Positions 62,326 to 64,000 of a stretch of DNA of 64,000 bases are shown here, in pieces. Made by a program: the position numbers and the translations under genes. The DNA comes from Octopus vulgaris. Taxonomy: Eukaryota. Location: the NCBI GenBank assembly GCA_951406725.2, contig OX597836.1:23498001-23562000 (forward strand), read 5' to 3'. The notes beneath the pieces were generated by a model. The model was not told the DNA's origin, did no database searches, and saw nothing but the letters and a program-made list of their open reading frames with translations. Numbering within the stretch: position 1 is the stretch's first letter; every line of letters starts with the position of its first letter.

Positions 62326-64000
62326 TTTAAGATCTTTGTGTTCAATGTCACATTTAACCTTAAAAATGGTATGTTAAGAATATATTTAAATGTGAAGAGA
62401 GTAGCAAAATGTTGTACAGAACAACAAGGTCTAACTACATTTAAAGGAAGGTCTACTGCGGTATGAACAGTTGTTGTTTCTGGTATGTGCCACAAGGGAA
62501 TCCAATGATTCAATCTTCGGTGATGTGATAGTACTCGTAAAAAAAGTTCTAAAGTAAAGAATAAATTTATCAAGTAACATGTTAAAGACTCGAAGCCAGT
62601 TTTGTTAGTTGAAATATTTTACTGTGTTAACATCAAATAGAACTATTTTCTATTGAAAGGTCATCTTTTGTTTAAACAACATTGTTACGTCGATATTTAA
62701 ACAAATCTTTTCTTCAAACACGTTAGATTGCAGATCTGAGCTATCCTCATGAGGCAGAGCTACAGATAATATAGATCTAGGCAACCCGTTTCTTTTGTTT
62801 TCGTTGTAATTGTAAGGAAAATTGAGAAATATCAGACTAGAGTTGATGAGACTAGAAAGGCTCAACTATGTGTCTGGGCGTAGGCGCACATACATACACA
62901 CATTCATGCATACAAACATACATACACACACACACATACATTCATGCACACACATACATACATACACACATACATTCATGCATACACATACATACACACA
63001 CATACATACATTCTTACATATATGCATACACGCATACATACATACACACATACATGCATACACGCATACATGCATACATTCACACATACATTCATACAAA
63101 CACACACATACATTCTTACATACATACTCTCTTACATACTTGTCCACACTCTTACATACATACATACACACACATAATCAATAAATACCTACTAAATCAG
63201 TAGCCTGAGCAGAATCTGGTGCCCCCATAGGTATATCAAAAAAGTTTCTAGTATCTTTCCTGGCCCATAATTTATTATTATGATTGAAGTTCTCATAAAT
63301 GCTTCAGAACTGCCTAGTAAAATGCCTGGTTTACAGTTTGACCAGGAGTTACACATTGTGTCTGGACAATTCCTTTCGCATTGATAACACAAATCACCAT
63401 CATCTTGACATTGAACTTCATTCAAGGCGCTTTTCGGGGCCGCGGTGACATCGAATGCTTTATTGCTGCTTCATTTCCGGGATGTAGCCATAGCACCAGC
63501 TTTCGTCACCAGTGATAACCTTCGACAAAAAGATTCGAATCAACTTCCAACTGTTCTTTCAGTTCACCACACGCATTCAGTCGTGACTTCTCTTTTTCTT
63601 TTCTTTCTTTCTGATCTTCCGCGAGCAAGATCAAATCTTTTCATTCGCTATTTCTCGTTTAAAATTCGTTTAAAATTCGTTGGCAGAAGCTCCAGGACAC
63701 ACCAGTCATATCAACACGTTCGTCAGTTGTTCGACGAAGACCCTCCAAGATCAGTTCGCGAATTTTCATGATATATATTTGTGTATAAAGGGTCTTGAAG
63801 AGAAAGTGCGATCTGATCATCGACGAAATGCTTTGCTCGGATGCAGCCAGTTAGAAATATCTATTCAAAGGCTTTCGCCACCAACATCTTTCATGCCAAG
63901 TTACAATATAATAATATATAATGAAATTGTGGGATACAGTGCTCAGGTGCACTAAAACTGAAAAAAAAAGAAAGAAAGAACCTACGATACATATCACTCT

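Noticed and set aside
63192-63425. Cys-rich minus-strand ORF considered as a Wnt9 upstream exon
   Set aside because: No Wnt exon motifs (CxxQF..RWNC) and no convincing splice boundaries.

Overview
AT-rich, microsatellite- and SINE-dense animal genomic DNA. The repeat families look like those of a coleoid cephalopod, probably Octopus; this is an inference, not a database result. Two intron-rich genes converge tail-to-tail. (1) On the + strand (755-29062), 20 exons can be joined by hand in frame into about 1025 aa of a 5'-truncated mosaic S1 serine protease: LDLa-SRCR-protease-LDLa-MAM-LDLa-MAM-LDLa-LDLa-MAM. It has an intact His/Asp/Ser triad, a non-tryptic pocket (Ala189, Val216), a Met-|-IVGG activation site, a GC-AG intron, and two consecutive exons that begin with donor-like GTATGT/GTAAGT. 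(2) On the - strand lie the last two coding exons of Wnt9 (49175-48907 and 38931-38494), with substitutions in two normally near-invariant Wnt motifs; its upstream exons were not found in the window. The non-coding DNA holds tRNA-derived SINEs, RTE, Dong/R4 and other LINE fragments, a deleted Gypsy-type LTR element, Helitron-like units, MITEs and long inverted repeats. The most notable hidden signal is a set of short Penelope-like elements, mostly embedded in microsatellites, that carry minimal hammerhead ribozyme motifs. These include cores with C3-G8, G3-C8 and U3-A8 covariation and a palindromic element with one hammerhead on each strand.
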